This document shows positions 12,961-25,440 of a stretch of 64,000 nucleotides of DNA, piece after piece. The stretch covers positions 18,960,354 to 19,024,353 of the forward strand of contig NC_068992.1 of NCBI RefSeq assembly GCF_001194135.2, read 5' to 3'. Position numbers and translations under genes: made by a program. How positions within the stretch are numbered: position 1 is the stretch's first letter; each line of letters starts with the position of its first letter. The notes beneath the pieces are model-generated. The model was not told the DNA's origin and searched no databases. It was given only the letters and a program-made list of their open reading frames with translations. The stretch is from Octopus bimaculoides (taxonomy: Eukaryota).

Positions 12961-14828
12961 AGTGTGAGAGCGTGTGTGCAGTAGGCTTGAACCTGGCACA
13001 GAACCATGTGGTTGAGAAGCCACGCCTGCGCCAATACATACATACATACATGCATACGATATATATANNNNNNNNNNNNNNNNNNNNNNNNNNNNNNNNN
13101 NNNNNNNNNNNNNNNNNNNNNNNNNNNNNNNNNNNNNNNNNNNNNNNNNNNNNNNNNNNNNNNNNNNNNNNNNNNNNNNNNNNNNNNNNNNNNNNNNNNN
13201 NNNNNNNNNNNNNNNNNNNNNNNNNNNNNNNNNNNNNNNNNNNNNNNNNNNNNNNNNNNNNNNNNNNNNNNNNNNNNNNNNNNNNNNNNNNNNNNNNNNN
13301 NNNNNNNNNNNNNNNNNNNNNNNNNNNNNTATATATATATATATATATATCTTCTCTTGCATTTTAGCAGAAATTCTTCGTACCATTAAGCACAACGTGA
13401 AATTATTCTATTTTGTAAAAAGAACTGATAAACCACAAGCACCTTCATGTTATCGAAATATTGTTGGATACCAGGATCGGCATCAGTCTCAGATTTGTTT
13501 TAGGTAAATTGATTTTCATTTCAGTTATATTGAAATAACCCGAAAATCGATTCATAATTTCCTGCGAGGCACGTTCTCATAATGCGACTAGACCACAGAT
13601 GTCAATAATAAGTAAATGTCTAAACTTCTCGAACAAATTATTTAAACATTGCTCTGTAAATATATATAAAGAAAAAAAACAGTTGTCGGTTGTCCTATGA
13701 CGAAAGATACGTCAGTATCACCATCTGTAGAATAAAATATGTGTGTTATGGCTAAATAAAATGCACAGGTTTGGTTGGAACGCCTTTGAATATAATTCCG
13801 CTTACTTCGAGCTAATTCAGACCTTGTCAAGAACAATACACTAAAAATATGTTAGTTCAATCTAGGAAGACTAACCTGCCCTGGAGGTAATTTCTTGTTT
13901 TTATGATGGTTGGCTATTTTTCTCTTTATCGTAATACAATTGAAAACAAAGGCATTTGAAATAATGTGTTCAAGCTATATGAAAATATATATTGAACGAC
14001 TTAAATCTTTGCAATAAATTAGAGCTTTTGTTTCAATATATTCAAGCAGAAATCATTATGATAAAAATACAATAAAAATCGTTTACCAATTAAATTCCTA
14101 GTAAATTCCAAGCAATTTCAGTAAATTAGAAATGATTGTAATGTAGAAGTTCGAATAGAAATACGTTTGCAGCAATGTTAATTGGATCATGTAAAAACAG
14201 GTGAGATTGATTATCGCTAAAAGCCAAATAATATTTATTTCTTCAATGTTAATATACAGTGAAATAAATGATCAAAGTAATTACTCAATAATTGAATTTT
14301 TAGCTAAAGTTGTAGGAATAGAAATTTTGAGAATAAATGCCATTGAAATGGAATACAAAAATATGTGCCGTAACATAAATATATGAGTAAATAAAAGATG
14401 AAAATAATTAAAACAAACAGCAATATAATCGTATGAATTTATAAGCAATAATATGTTAATGTATTCTTCCTACAGTTAATATTATTTATACATTCATAGG
14501 AAAACTATTTAATCATTGTTCTTTAAAACGGAAAGAAAAATATTTTTAAAATATGCATAGATTACACATTCCAAATGTTATTACACATGTCATCCGAAAG
14601 AAATACACGCATATACATGCACATACATATAATACACGCATGACACACGCATAACACACGCATAAAGCACACCCAATACACTTCCACATATTGTAATAAT
14701 GTGATATCATGAGATGCATATGCGCAGAAGTACGATGTACAACAGCATGATTTCAGATTGAGTCCCACTGCATGACATATTAATGTATACTATAGACGTA
14801 AATGATCAAGAAGCCTGACATATATATG

Positions 14829-14905
14829 CATAGTTTAGTGGTAGAATGCACGGGCTTACTTACATGTGAGTCTTGGTGAAATTTGTAGTTCAACCCAGGC
14901 AAAAT
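14829..14905 (+). other. tRNA-like relic (probable SINE head, not a functional tRNA)
   Basis: CATAGTTTAGTGGTAGAATGC (A-box-like) and GTAGTTCAACCC (B-box-like), with no intact acceptor or anticodon stems. Confidence 0.35.
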
Positions 14906-15052
14906 ATGGTAGTCTGTTTGTTCATGTCTAGTAATGTAAAAAAAGATAGCAAGCAGATTTAAAAATTATGTACTGGGTATGATACCAACACGTTAACAGA
15001 AGGGCCCAGGCTGGATGATGTTCAATGTTTGTAAAAAGTGATATATATATTA

Positions 15053-15402
15053 AGAGTGGCTGTGTGGTAAGTAGCTTGCTTACCAACCACATGGTTCTGG
15101 GTTTAGTCCCACTGCGTAGCAACTTCGGCAAGTGTCTTCTACTATAGCCTCGGGACGACGAAAGCCTTGTGAGTGGATTTGGTAAACGGAAACTGAATGT
15201 ATCTATATGCCCGTATTTGTCCCCCAACACCGCTTGACAACAGATGCTGGCGTGTTTACGTCCCCGTAACTTAGCGGTTAGGAAAAAGACACCGATAGAA
15301 TAAATACAAGGCTTATAAAAAATAAGTCCTGGGGTCGATTTGCTCGACTAAAGGCGCTGCTCCAGCATGGCCGCACTCAAATAACTGAAATAAGTCAAAG
15401 AG
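15053..15402 (+). mobile_element. tRNA-derived SINE, family A (near full length)
   Basis: The head GAGTGGCTGTGTGGTAAGTAGCTTGC..GGGTTTAGTCCC has A/B-box-like motifs. The core is GCCTTGTGAGTGGATTTGGTAAACGGAAACTGAA and the tail is CCAGCATGGCCGCA. It is homologous to other copies in the window. Confidence 0.9.
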
Positions 15403-15527
15403 GATATCAAAGAGGATATATATATATATATAAGAGTGTTTGCATGTGACAGAGAACGAGTGAGTGCTACTTACACCAACATGCAAAATAATTCATACAT
15501 CACAAACCACAAAACACAAAGTAAGGC

Positions 15528-15776
15528 TTGTTTGGGGGCCAAACGAGCCTTACTTTGAGACACAGAGTCACGCTACATAACGAACAGATTCGTTTCAGTC
15601 AATGCAGGCAGATAGCACTGAGTGGACATATCGACAGATGTGCAAGTAAAAACACACCAAATTTTCATATCTTCCCATTATACCAATGCAAATGTTCAAT
15701 CTCAGTACAAGAACGCCTAAACAATGAAAATCTGTTCATACAAAAGTACAGACCACACCTCAAAGTACAACTTTGA
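15528..15776 (+). mobile_element. Penelope-like element GIY-YIG endonuclease fragment
   Basis: ORF GQTSLTLRHRVTLHNEQIR..RQIALSGHIDRCA..FHIFPLYQC..QERLNNENLFIQKYRPHLKVQ matches the (YI)GQT..R..H...R..E..FI..P.LN layout of PLE GIY-YIG domains. The upstream GIY half is missing. Confidence 0.75.
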
Positions 15777-16089
15777 TCATTAAAATGAAATTCTAGTTAG
15801 GAGCCAGTTGCCCCCCTTGCCAGTTGCTTCCCTTGCTTCAATCTCTAGACTCATTCTTCTTATTCCTCAAATATCCAAAATGACGAAACACCTCTGTCAC
15901 TAGACCTGATTACTGTACAATGTCCCTTGAAAAGCTAAATTAAATAGCAAAAACCGATTGGATTTCACGACATACATATACTATGTATATATATTTATAA
16001 AAAGATATTAAACTGTATGAAACGAAGGCATTTCTCTTCGACTTTTTATATTTTTTTACACACATTTTCAACCTATATATATATATATG

Positions 16090-16174
<85 letters not shown>

Positions 16175-16344
16175 GTATATGTATATATATTACATATATA
16201 TGTACATATATATATATTACATTTATGTATGTATCCATGTATGTATGTATGTATGTTTGTGTGTGATTATGCATGTATAAACTTATATACATACACATAC
16301 ATGCTCACACACATATATAACTACCTCTCCTAAAATAGTCTCAA

Positions 16345-16965
16345 AATTTCGAGAATGGACTTCGTGTATGGTGGTTGTCTATTCCTTATGCATAGTTTGA
16401 CCACCTCCTGTACCTACACCTTAGAACCATCATAGCATCTGATGTGGCTTTTTAAACCAGACAATGTACTGAAAAGACACCCACTTCGATTGCACATCCG
16501 ATTTGGACCACCAAGAGCTGCAGATATGTTCTGATATTTATAGATCATAAAATGTCTTTTGAGTTCGTTAGATTTGCAAACCTTCTGAAATGCATTGCAT
16601 TCAAATGTGTGCACAGATATATAGGCAGAGTAATTGCTGGAGGTCCGTTTTCCATGGGTTCGCAAATGAGATTTGAGCCCAGCAAAACAAAGGCATGGTC
16701 TGTTACAAACTGTACAAACAAAAAGGTCATAGACATTCACCTTCTCAATCGTAACATTCTTTAGATCTGTTTTGAGTCTTACATGCGTTATCCTGGCCTC
16801 TTCGAACGATTTCACTCCACAATGTTGTTCGCCATCCGAAGCAAGGGTTTCTATGTTTTCTAGATCCATTCCAATTAACTTCATAGTAGTCCTTATACCG
16901 TCCTTAAAAAAAACATCTTTTAGGTTTATGCCGATAGCGTTTCTCTTCTGCTAGTTCACCATAAA
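16345..16965 (-). mobile_element. 3' end of an RTE-clade LINE with C-terminal C2H2 zinc-finger-like repeats
   Basis: YGELAEEKRYRHKPKR..KDGIRTTMKL is the RTE post-RT motif. It runs into open ORF 16414..16884 with FVCTVCNRPCLCFAGLKSHLRTH and two degenerate finger-like units. Confidence 0.8.
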
Positions 16966-16997
16966 ACAACTGTTTGGGCATGTGTTCATCCGCCACC

Positions 16998-17030
<33 letters not shown>

Positions 17031-18256
17031 NNNNNNNNNNNNNNNNNNNNNNNNNNNNNNNNNNNNNNNNNTATATACATATATATATATATGTATGTGT
17101 ATGAATATGCATATATATACTTACATATATACATACACACACACACACACGTATATATACATGTGTGTGTATGCGTGTTTATGTATATGAATGTGTGTGT
17201 CTGTGTGTGTGTATAGTTGCATACATATATGGATTGGAATGTAAGATATGTAACTTAGGTTATTTCTTTGTGTTTTTCAAGCTTCTGTATTGTTCTTCGT
17301 CCTTTTAATTGTTACTTTTAATATCAATTACGTTTGATATCCATAAAACTAAATGAATGCCGGATCGTTATATTACTTGAACTTTATATTTCTTTTGTAT
17401 GTTTTCTCAGTATATCTGTAAAATATTCTGTAGCATATTTTTGTTACTGCTTCACATTTTGCATGCTAAATATAGAAATTTGCTGTAATACTTCATTTTG
17501 GTAGCATTAACATCTTACATTTTGAGCAACTATCAAAACTTGCTTTGATAGGGAATACAGATATTGTGTGTGATATATTTCTAATTTCGATTTACCATTT
17601 CTTTTGTCATTTCTATCAGTTTCAATTCTTTTAGACAGCGCTATTTCAGAAATAAACAACGAGGGGAGAGCAGAGGGAGAGAGAAGTGAAAGGAAATTAA
17701 CTTCGTCTATCATGACATTTTCCAACGATTAATTCCTGTGACTTGATCCATGAAAAAAACGACAGAAACCTCAACGAAATGGATCCAAGTATTGCAGAAA
17801 AGAAGCAAAGGTAAATGGAAAAATATACAGAAGTATTTGTTTTATTACTCGGTAAAATGAGAATCTTTCTGACTGCAGGTTAAAAGTAATGACATATTTT
17901 CTGTTTGGAATGATGAGTTTTAAACGCGCAAGTTTTAACTGCAGTAGATGAGTGGACATGTGAGATATCTCAAATGCAAAATAGGTAATAAAACCACGCA
18001 GTTGTGCCCAACTTTGATATACGTTGTTCACTATGGAGATATATCAAATGGACAAATAGGAAGTTATTTTTGCGCATCTCACAAAATAATATTTCTGTTT
18101 ACAAAATCTCACTTCCTAGCACGGTAGATCGGTACTGGTGTGAACTGAAAGAGAATGTGTGGCTACATGTCATCGTGGATCGCCTTTGCTGTCTCTTTAT
18201 AAGTTCATTACGTTTCAGTTAAGACTAACTGTCTTTTTATGTTATCCTTTCACGCA

Positions 18257-18478
18257 AAGGCGGCGAACAGGCAGAATTGTTAGTACGCCGGGAAAAATGC
18301 TTAGCGGCGTTTCGTCTGTCTTTGCGTTCTGAATGAAAATTCCGCCGAAGTCTATTTTTCCTTTCGTGCTTTTGAGGTCGGTAAAATGAGTACTATTTCA
18401 AAACTGGGGTTGATGTAATCACCTAGCCCCTGCCCTCGGAATTGCTAGTTTCGTTGCCAAAATTTGAAAATTATATTA
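18257..18478 (+). mobile_element. tRNA-derived SINE, family B
   Basis: AAGGCGGCGAACAGGCAGAATTGTTAG..AAATGCTTAGCGGCGTTTCGTC..AAATTCCGCCGAAGTC..GCCAAAATTTGAAAATTAT. Confidence 0.85.
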
Positions 18479-18806
18479 TCATTTCCTGTAATTTCTAGGG
18501 TAATTCTTGTGTTTCTTCATAATGTTTTTTTTTCATTTTGCCTTCTGAATTTATGTATGTATGCCTTAATGTAAGAGAAACTGAATATACTAAAACAAAA
18601 ACACAAGATCTTTCATAGATAAACATCTTAACTAAAGCACAGCTTTCTGAAACTGAAAGGTGAACACAACACCAGTAACTCTAATCGCTACAAATAGCAG
18701 TTCTGCTACATCTTCGACAAATCATTTTAAACATGGATAGTCTCACAGAAGAATATAATCCAACATTCCTACATTCAATATGATTTTTCTTGAAGGTGGA
18801 ATTACC

Positions 18807-19003
18807 AAGCGGCGAGCTGCCAGAATCGTTGGCACGACAGGCAAAATGCTTAGTGGCATTTCGTCCGTCATTATGATCTGAGTTCAAATTCCGCCGAAGT
18901 CTCTTTTCATTTTCAATCTTTGGAGTCAATAGAACAAGTACAGTTGGGCACTGGGCTGGATGTCATCTATATAACTTTGCCTCCAAAATTTGAAACCAAT
19001 ATT
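18807..19003 (+). mobile_element. tRNA-derived SINE, family B
   Basis: GCGGCGAGCTGCCAGAATCGTTGGCACG..GAGTTCAAATTCCGCC (B box)..CCAAAATTTGAAACCAATATT. Confidence 0.85.
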
Positions 19004-19341
19004 ACCTATGTTCAATAAGAAGTGAGTTCAGTATTAAAGAACAAAACTACGTTTCTTAACCTACAATCACTCTTCTTTCTTATTCTATGTCCTACCCCAA
19101 ATCTGATAAATAATTATTTATCAAATGATTACATACCAGAACAACAAACGTTCATTATGTCCTCCTAAACCATGTTGGCAATCACATGTCCAGTTAGAGC
19201 ATTAGAAATGCATTGATCTTCTAGAGAGATTGTAGTGTTTATACGCGTGTGTCTCCTTCAAAGATGAATTCTTTAAAGCGACATTTTCTATTCGTAATCC
19301 GTGGCCTGGGGATTGATTTAAGTATTAATCATAACTCCAAT

Positions 19342-19655
<314 letters not shown>

Positions 19656-21112
19656 GCAATGAAGATTCAAAAGATTTAGTTCCATAATTTTAAAATGTTC
19701 ATAAACGCACTTGTTTGTCATACAATATATTTCTGGAAATGTCCAAGTTCTGTCTGAAATTCAGACTACAAATTCGGAAACATAAACATACACTTGGTTT
19801 TTGTTAACTGTTCATTTAATAAAAGCATTTTCAACAATTAAAGATCAAGCTACATTGGATTTACATAAATTTAGACTATGTTATCTTTAATGACTTCTCT
19901 GAGTAGTATTTTAAAAGCGAAAGAATAAAATTGTTGCATATTATGTTAGTTGCTTTCAAATATCCAACGGATACTTCATATACTATACACAAGGCTATAA
20001 AAATGTTCCAATATTTCCGTGTGTACAGTTTAATTTCTCGGTTTTTCTTTTGCTACAGAGAAATAAGGTTATTCAGTGTATTCTATATGGTAAGGGTTAT
20101 AACTATTTTCTTCAGGTGTTGCTGTTTGAAGAATCAGAACATTTCTCAACTGTAGAAATAGCAACAGGAACGCAATGACATTTACTGCGAGCTTCTTATC
20201 TTTAATCTAAAATTTCTATCTCTTTAACGAATAAATGTGGTATCGCAAATAACAGACGTAGCCAAAAGAATGCAGTAATAAGTACTAGAACTAGTAACAG
20301 TAAAGAGATTTATAGATAGGTGCCTGTGGATATTAAACTGTCCCTTGAACCGAAAGATGTGATAATCAAATGTTCTTTCAAGTCACACTTAACTCGTTTA
20401 AGAGAAAAATACACATTAAAAATCCTATCCTCCGATATGCAAAAGAACGGATTCATGTTGGCAAGCATTACTATTATGATGTTACTTCGTTGACCGGTCA
20501 TAGTTACGACTGACACTAGTTGATTTCACTTGTACATGAGAAGTCTATGGGAGTTTTATTTGAAGAGGAAAGTGCTAACTAATTATAATGGAAACAGATT
20601 TCATGCTATATTTTATAGATAATAACGTTGGGTATTAAGTAACAACAAAAACAACATCAGTTATTGTTCACAGTGGAAATAGAGTAAGATGTGAGAAGAA
20701 GTTAGAATTCTTGTTTTGATAAAGCAATATGAGACTTTTTGACATGGCTCTCTGACAATATCAGAAATATATTTTCGTACAGAAATTGTGTGTATATATA
20801 TGCATGTGTGTATACACACACAATCTAACACACTTGTTATGTGAAACAGATGCAGTATTAGATTAAAATAATGATCTGCATGTCCTACCCAACATCACGG
20901 AAAGCAAAATAAGGAGCGGTATTCACCCAAGGTTATTTTTTATGGAAGTACTGTGTTTAATACCAAAAAGAATATATCAGTATCGTCCCAATAATCTTAC
21001 ACCAGCAGTAGTATAAATGTTACATATTCATTTCTACTTTTTAGTGCATATACCCACAATATATATCCACATGCAACTGCATGCCAAGCACCGGATACTC
21101 ATTGATATAATA

Positions 21113-22404
21113 TCAGGCTGAGTAAAAAAAATAAGCAACGTTTTGAAACATGAAATTCATCACAATATATTTCAACAATCCGCAAATTTTATTCATTAAA
21201 GTGAGTACCATTATAATAAACACATTTTACACAAAGAGTTACAAGTTTGCTTATTCCGGTAACATAAAAATCTGGAGTTCTGGAGCTGATCAACTCTTTG
21301 AACGCATTTTTCAGCATCGGCTTCATATTTGAACACTTCCTCTCGCAGGAAACCATCAAGGTGCTTGAAAAAGTGGTAATCGGTGGGACAGAGGTCTAGG
21401 GAAGAAGATGGATGAGAAAGAACTTCATAGCCAAGTTCCCTCAACTTCTGGAGCGTCATTAGCAAACCATGTGGTCAAGAATTGTCATGAAGAATGACTG
21501 GCCCTCTTCTGCCGACCAGTCTGGGTTGGAGGAGGAGTAGCAGTTTTAAGTTCATTGTGGCAATTTCATGGCAATAACTTTCTGCAGTAACGGTTTGTCC
21601 TGGTTGTAAGAAGTTATAGTGGATCAGTCCAGTGGTACACCACAAAACAGTCACATAACCTACTTGTTGAAGAGCTCAGGTTTAGGAAAGTTTTTCGATG
21701 CTTCATATTGGTCCGACCACTGCGAAGAACATTTTTTATTATTGTAGAGAATCCACTTTTCATCAAAGTTACCATACGGTCCATAAATATATCGGTCTGG
21801 TTATGGAGAAGAAGCGACGAGCAAGTTTCATATTTGCACATTTTCTAATTTTCATTCAAATCATGTGGTAACCATTTGTCGAGCATTTTTTTATTTTCCG
21901 ATCGCATGCAAATGGTCGTAGGCAGTTTTCTGGCTAACTTGCAATTCTTACGCCATTTCGCGAGTGGGTTTACATGGAACTTTCTCAATGAAGATTTTTA
22001 AATGACTGTCATCGATGACAGATACGGCGTCCACTACGCTCGCGAACTTCAAGGCTCATGTCGCCAATGCGAAATCGTTTAAATCATTTTCGGGCTGACC
22101 CCTCACTTGTTATTTCTTCACTAAACGTGTCGCTGATATTGCGAGCGGTTTCAGCTGCTTTACATGCTTTTTTGAAGAGGAATAGCAAAATTGCTCAAAT
22201 ATTGCGCTTTGACAGTTCCATTTCAGATGATCGTATTAACGGTACAAAAATATCAATATTAATTCTTTGATACGTTTGAGCAAGTCTATGTTTGTATTAT
22301 CATACAATTGCAAAAGAGTGTTTAAAAAAGTATCCAAAATTCTCCAAAAATCCTGTACAAATTCTTCATGGTTCAAAACGTTGCTTACTTTTTACTCAAC
22401 TTGA
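21113..22404 (-). mobile_element. Full-length mariner (DD34D) DNA transposon, 1292 bp, with TIRs and TA target-site duplication
   Basis: Left end TA|TCAGGCTGAGTAAAAAAAATAAGCAACGTTTTGAAACATGAA (from 21113) matches the reverse complement of the right end TA|TCAAGTTGAGTAAAAAGTAAGCAACGTTTTGAACCATGAA (ending 22404). TA flanks both sides (21111-2, 22405-6). The interior is a decayed transposase. Confidence 0.95.
21189..22221 (-). pseudogene. Disrupted mariner transposase
   Basis: Manual minus-strand translation gives MELSKRNI*AILLFLFKK..KAAETARNISDTF (HTH), LDKWLPHDLNEN (WVPHEL motif), VT-DEKWILYNN, ILHDNS*PH and YEVLSHPSSSLDLCPTDYHFFKHLD. There are 34 residues between the 2nd and 3rd catalytic D. 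Several stops and frameshifts are present. Confidence 0.92.
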
Positions 22405-22594
22405 TAGATATGTTATAATATAATATATTATAATATACGGATGTGTGTACGTGCACGTTTTCCATATTATTCATATAATACATTCATATAATACNNNNNN
22501 NNNNNNNNNNNNNNNNNNNNNNNNNNNNNNNNNNNNNNTATATATATATATATATGAAATTTTGAATTCAGTTCACGCACCCTCAGCACTACCT

Positions 22595-22639
22595 TTGTGG
22601 ATCACGACGGGTTCGCGGATCACGGACCGGAAACCACTG
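22595..22639 (-). mobile_element. Probable hAT/MITE terminal fragment
   Basis: The minus strand begins CAGTGGTTTCCGGTCCGTGATCCGCGAACCC, resembling CAGTGGTT-type hAT ends. No partner end is visible, and there is a gap nearby. Confidence 0.4.
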
Positions 22640-23162
22640 ATGTAATAATATATGATAGGAAATAGGCACGTACGTATTCAAATACCATCTGTGTTAACAC
22701 TACTATTACCACAACGACAGCGGGAACAACAGCAAGTATAACATTAAGAAGATTGAGAAGAAAAACGGACACGAGTATATTCCTTATTATTTCCCATCAG
22801 TCCGTAAGGTAGAAGAGAGGGAGGGGAGATTTCTTTTTATAATGATATTTAAATTGCATTTTTTTTTTAGTTACAAGAAATAAAATTGCTATAAATCAAT
22901 AGGATAATCGATTTAGAATAACTACTTACCGCTTCCCACATCTAATTTGTCTGTAAAAACTCACACACACACACTCCTTTTCTCTCTCGTGCATATACAT
23001 ACACAAGTACTGTGAGGGGAAGAAAAGATTTTTTTTCTATATAGAAGCACAAAAAATCATGCATAGATACTTATAAACTCAGGTACTTGCCTATACATAC
23101 ATATATACATGCATAAATACACACACACGCATATATATATATATATACATATAAAAAAGACA

Positions 23163-23194
<32 letters not shown>

Positions 23195-23263
23195 CATATG
23201 TATAAATTTGTGGGTGTTTATATTCGTAGAGGAAGAAATATATTTATCTATATGAATATATTG

Positions 23264-23266
<3 letters not shown>

Positions 23267-23353
<87 letters not shown>

Positions 23354-23400
23354 TATATATATATATATATATCTATATATATATACATATATATATACAC
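23267..23400. repeat. Long (TA)n microsatellite
   Basis: Directly visible. Confidence 0.98.
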
Positions 23401-23900
23401 ATTCACACATATATCTAAATGTATATACATATACATGCACACAACTCATACACAAATATATCTATATGCGGATATGCTGTTCCGTTGAGGTGTGTAATTA
23501 CCAAAATTACAGATTTGTGTGTGTGTGTGTGTCTCAGTATATGTATCTGAGAGTTTATGAGCTTTTGCTTATGATTGTGTATGTTTGTATATGTGTTTCT
23601 TATGTTTTTTTTGTTTTTGTTTTTTTGACTCTGAGAAAAACATGACACACCATTATCTACCGCCAAGGCAACGAAATAGCCCTATGAATTCAACTTGCTA
23701 AAAACGGAAATTTCGATTACAATATAATTCTAATTTCAAAGGTTTCCTAAGATACCAAATAAAATCTATTATCCTCGAAGCATCCTTCTACCACATGGGA
23801 AAGAAAAAATCTCGAGTAGAGTTCTATGGAGATGGAGATGAGGATGATGATGATAATAATAATAACGATATCAATAGTAAACATCATCATCATTATCATT

Positions 23901-24004
<104 letters not shown>

Positions 24005-25381
24005 TGCAATTCTGTGTCTACTCTTGAAGTTGGTTTATAAAAGAATATTTTCAAAGACTTAACAGAAGATATAAATCATGTATTTTTTTTTTTTATTCAT
24101 ATGTACGTCACAAGCTCAAATTATAACTTTCCACTACTTGATGAATGTAAACATCCCATTCTAGAAATTTCGATGAAAAATGTGTATTCATTTAGCTAAC
24201 CATACAATACAATGAATATACACATTTTCGACCAAAAAAAGTTTGTTCATTTTATATTGAAAGGGCAATATTCTACCGAATATATAATTTTGTGCAAGTT
24301 GAATGGGCTTGTAAGCGAACGTTAGTAATATCAATTGCAAGTACATATTTAATACGTAGCCATTGAAGGTATTCGTTGGGATTGGAGGGTTTTCAAGACG
24401 TCACTGTACTTTATGTAAATACGAATGGTAATCAAACTATACTTTACTTGTCTATGAAAGATGGTGGATTGCAGAATCACTACTATATAAGAGAAATGTA
24501 AAACTGCGGAGCTTGTTACAGACCTTCATTTGGTGTGTTCAAATTCTGTTGGAGTTGATTTGCATTTAATCATGCCGGATTAAAGTATAAACTACCAGGC
24601 TAATACTGAAATCGATATTAATAAAAAGAGGGAGTGAATTTGTTACCATATAGTTGGAGATTTCGTTTAGGTCTTTGTGCCTGTTTTTGTTGACACTGAA
24701 CTTTGATTTCTGCAGAAGTGAAATTGAGAAGAACTACGGGCATAAAATACCTTTCCAGTAATGTGAAGTCCTTAGGTGGAGGAGACCTGAGGAGTGGCAA
24801 GCTAATATAGGGATACACAGATAATATGGAAATATGGGCACCAAAATATGTTTGCAGGAGACTGTACATGCTTTTCCAATTCAGAGGAGAAATTCATACG
24901 TGTTTCAGCAGTAGATAAGAAAGCTATAAAATATATCATGAAGATGGACAAGTGTCTCTCATGATGAATTTCTGTCCTTATTTGATATGTCCATATTTTT
25001 TGTGGATACGTTTTAAATATATATTGTATATAACAGCCTATCTAACCTCAACTCATCTTACCTAAGGATATCGACGTAGAATGCATTTGCTCTTTGATTG
25101 ATACAAATTACAGATCGATACGTAGTATCGGTAAGAATTGAAGCGATTGAAGTGTATTCTATCTTGATAAAGTATACTCATTCTTTCGTAAGACGCTTTC
25201 ATAGGCAATATAGCTGTGTGATTATAGAACGTGTGGACCATCAGCATTTGCATATTGTTATAGGGTTTAGATGATGTATTTGCATAGACGATGAGGGAAA
25301 AGGAATATCAACATTCTCTGCATTAGAATGGATGCTTCTGTGTGTGTAGCATATTTTTGTAAGTCTCTATATGAATATGTT

Positions 25382-25440
<59 letters not shown>

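Noticed and set aside
14829-14905. Possible tRNA gene
   Set aside because: It has A/B-box-like motifs only and no valid cloverleaf, so it is treated as a SINE-head relic.
17779-17950. Two-exon mini-gene MDPSIAEKKQR|LKVMTYF.. with a 68-nt intron
   Set aside because: It encodes only about 34 aa with no motif, consistent with chance.
22928-22952. About 21-bp minus-strand micro-exon candidate with GTAAGT donor
   Set aside because: Chance-level signal with no partner exons identifiable.
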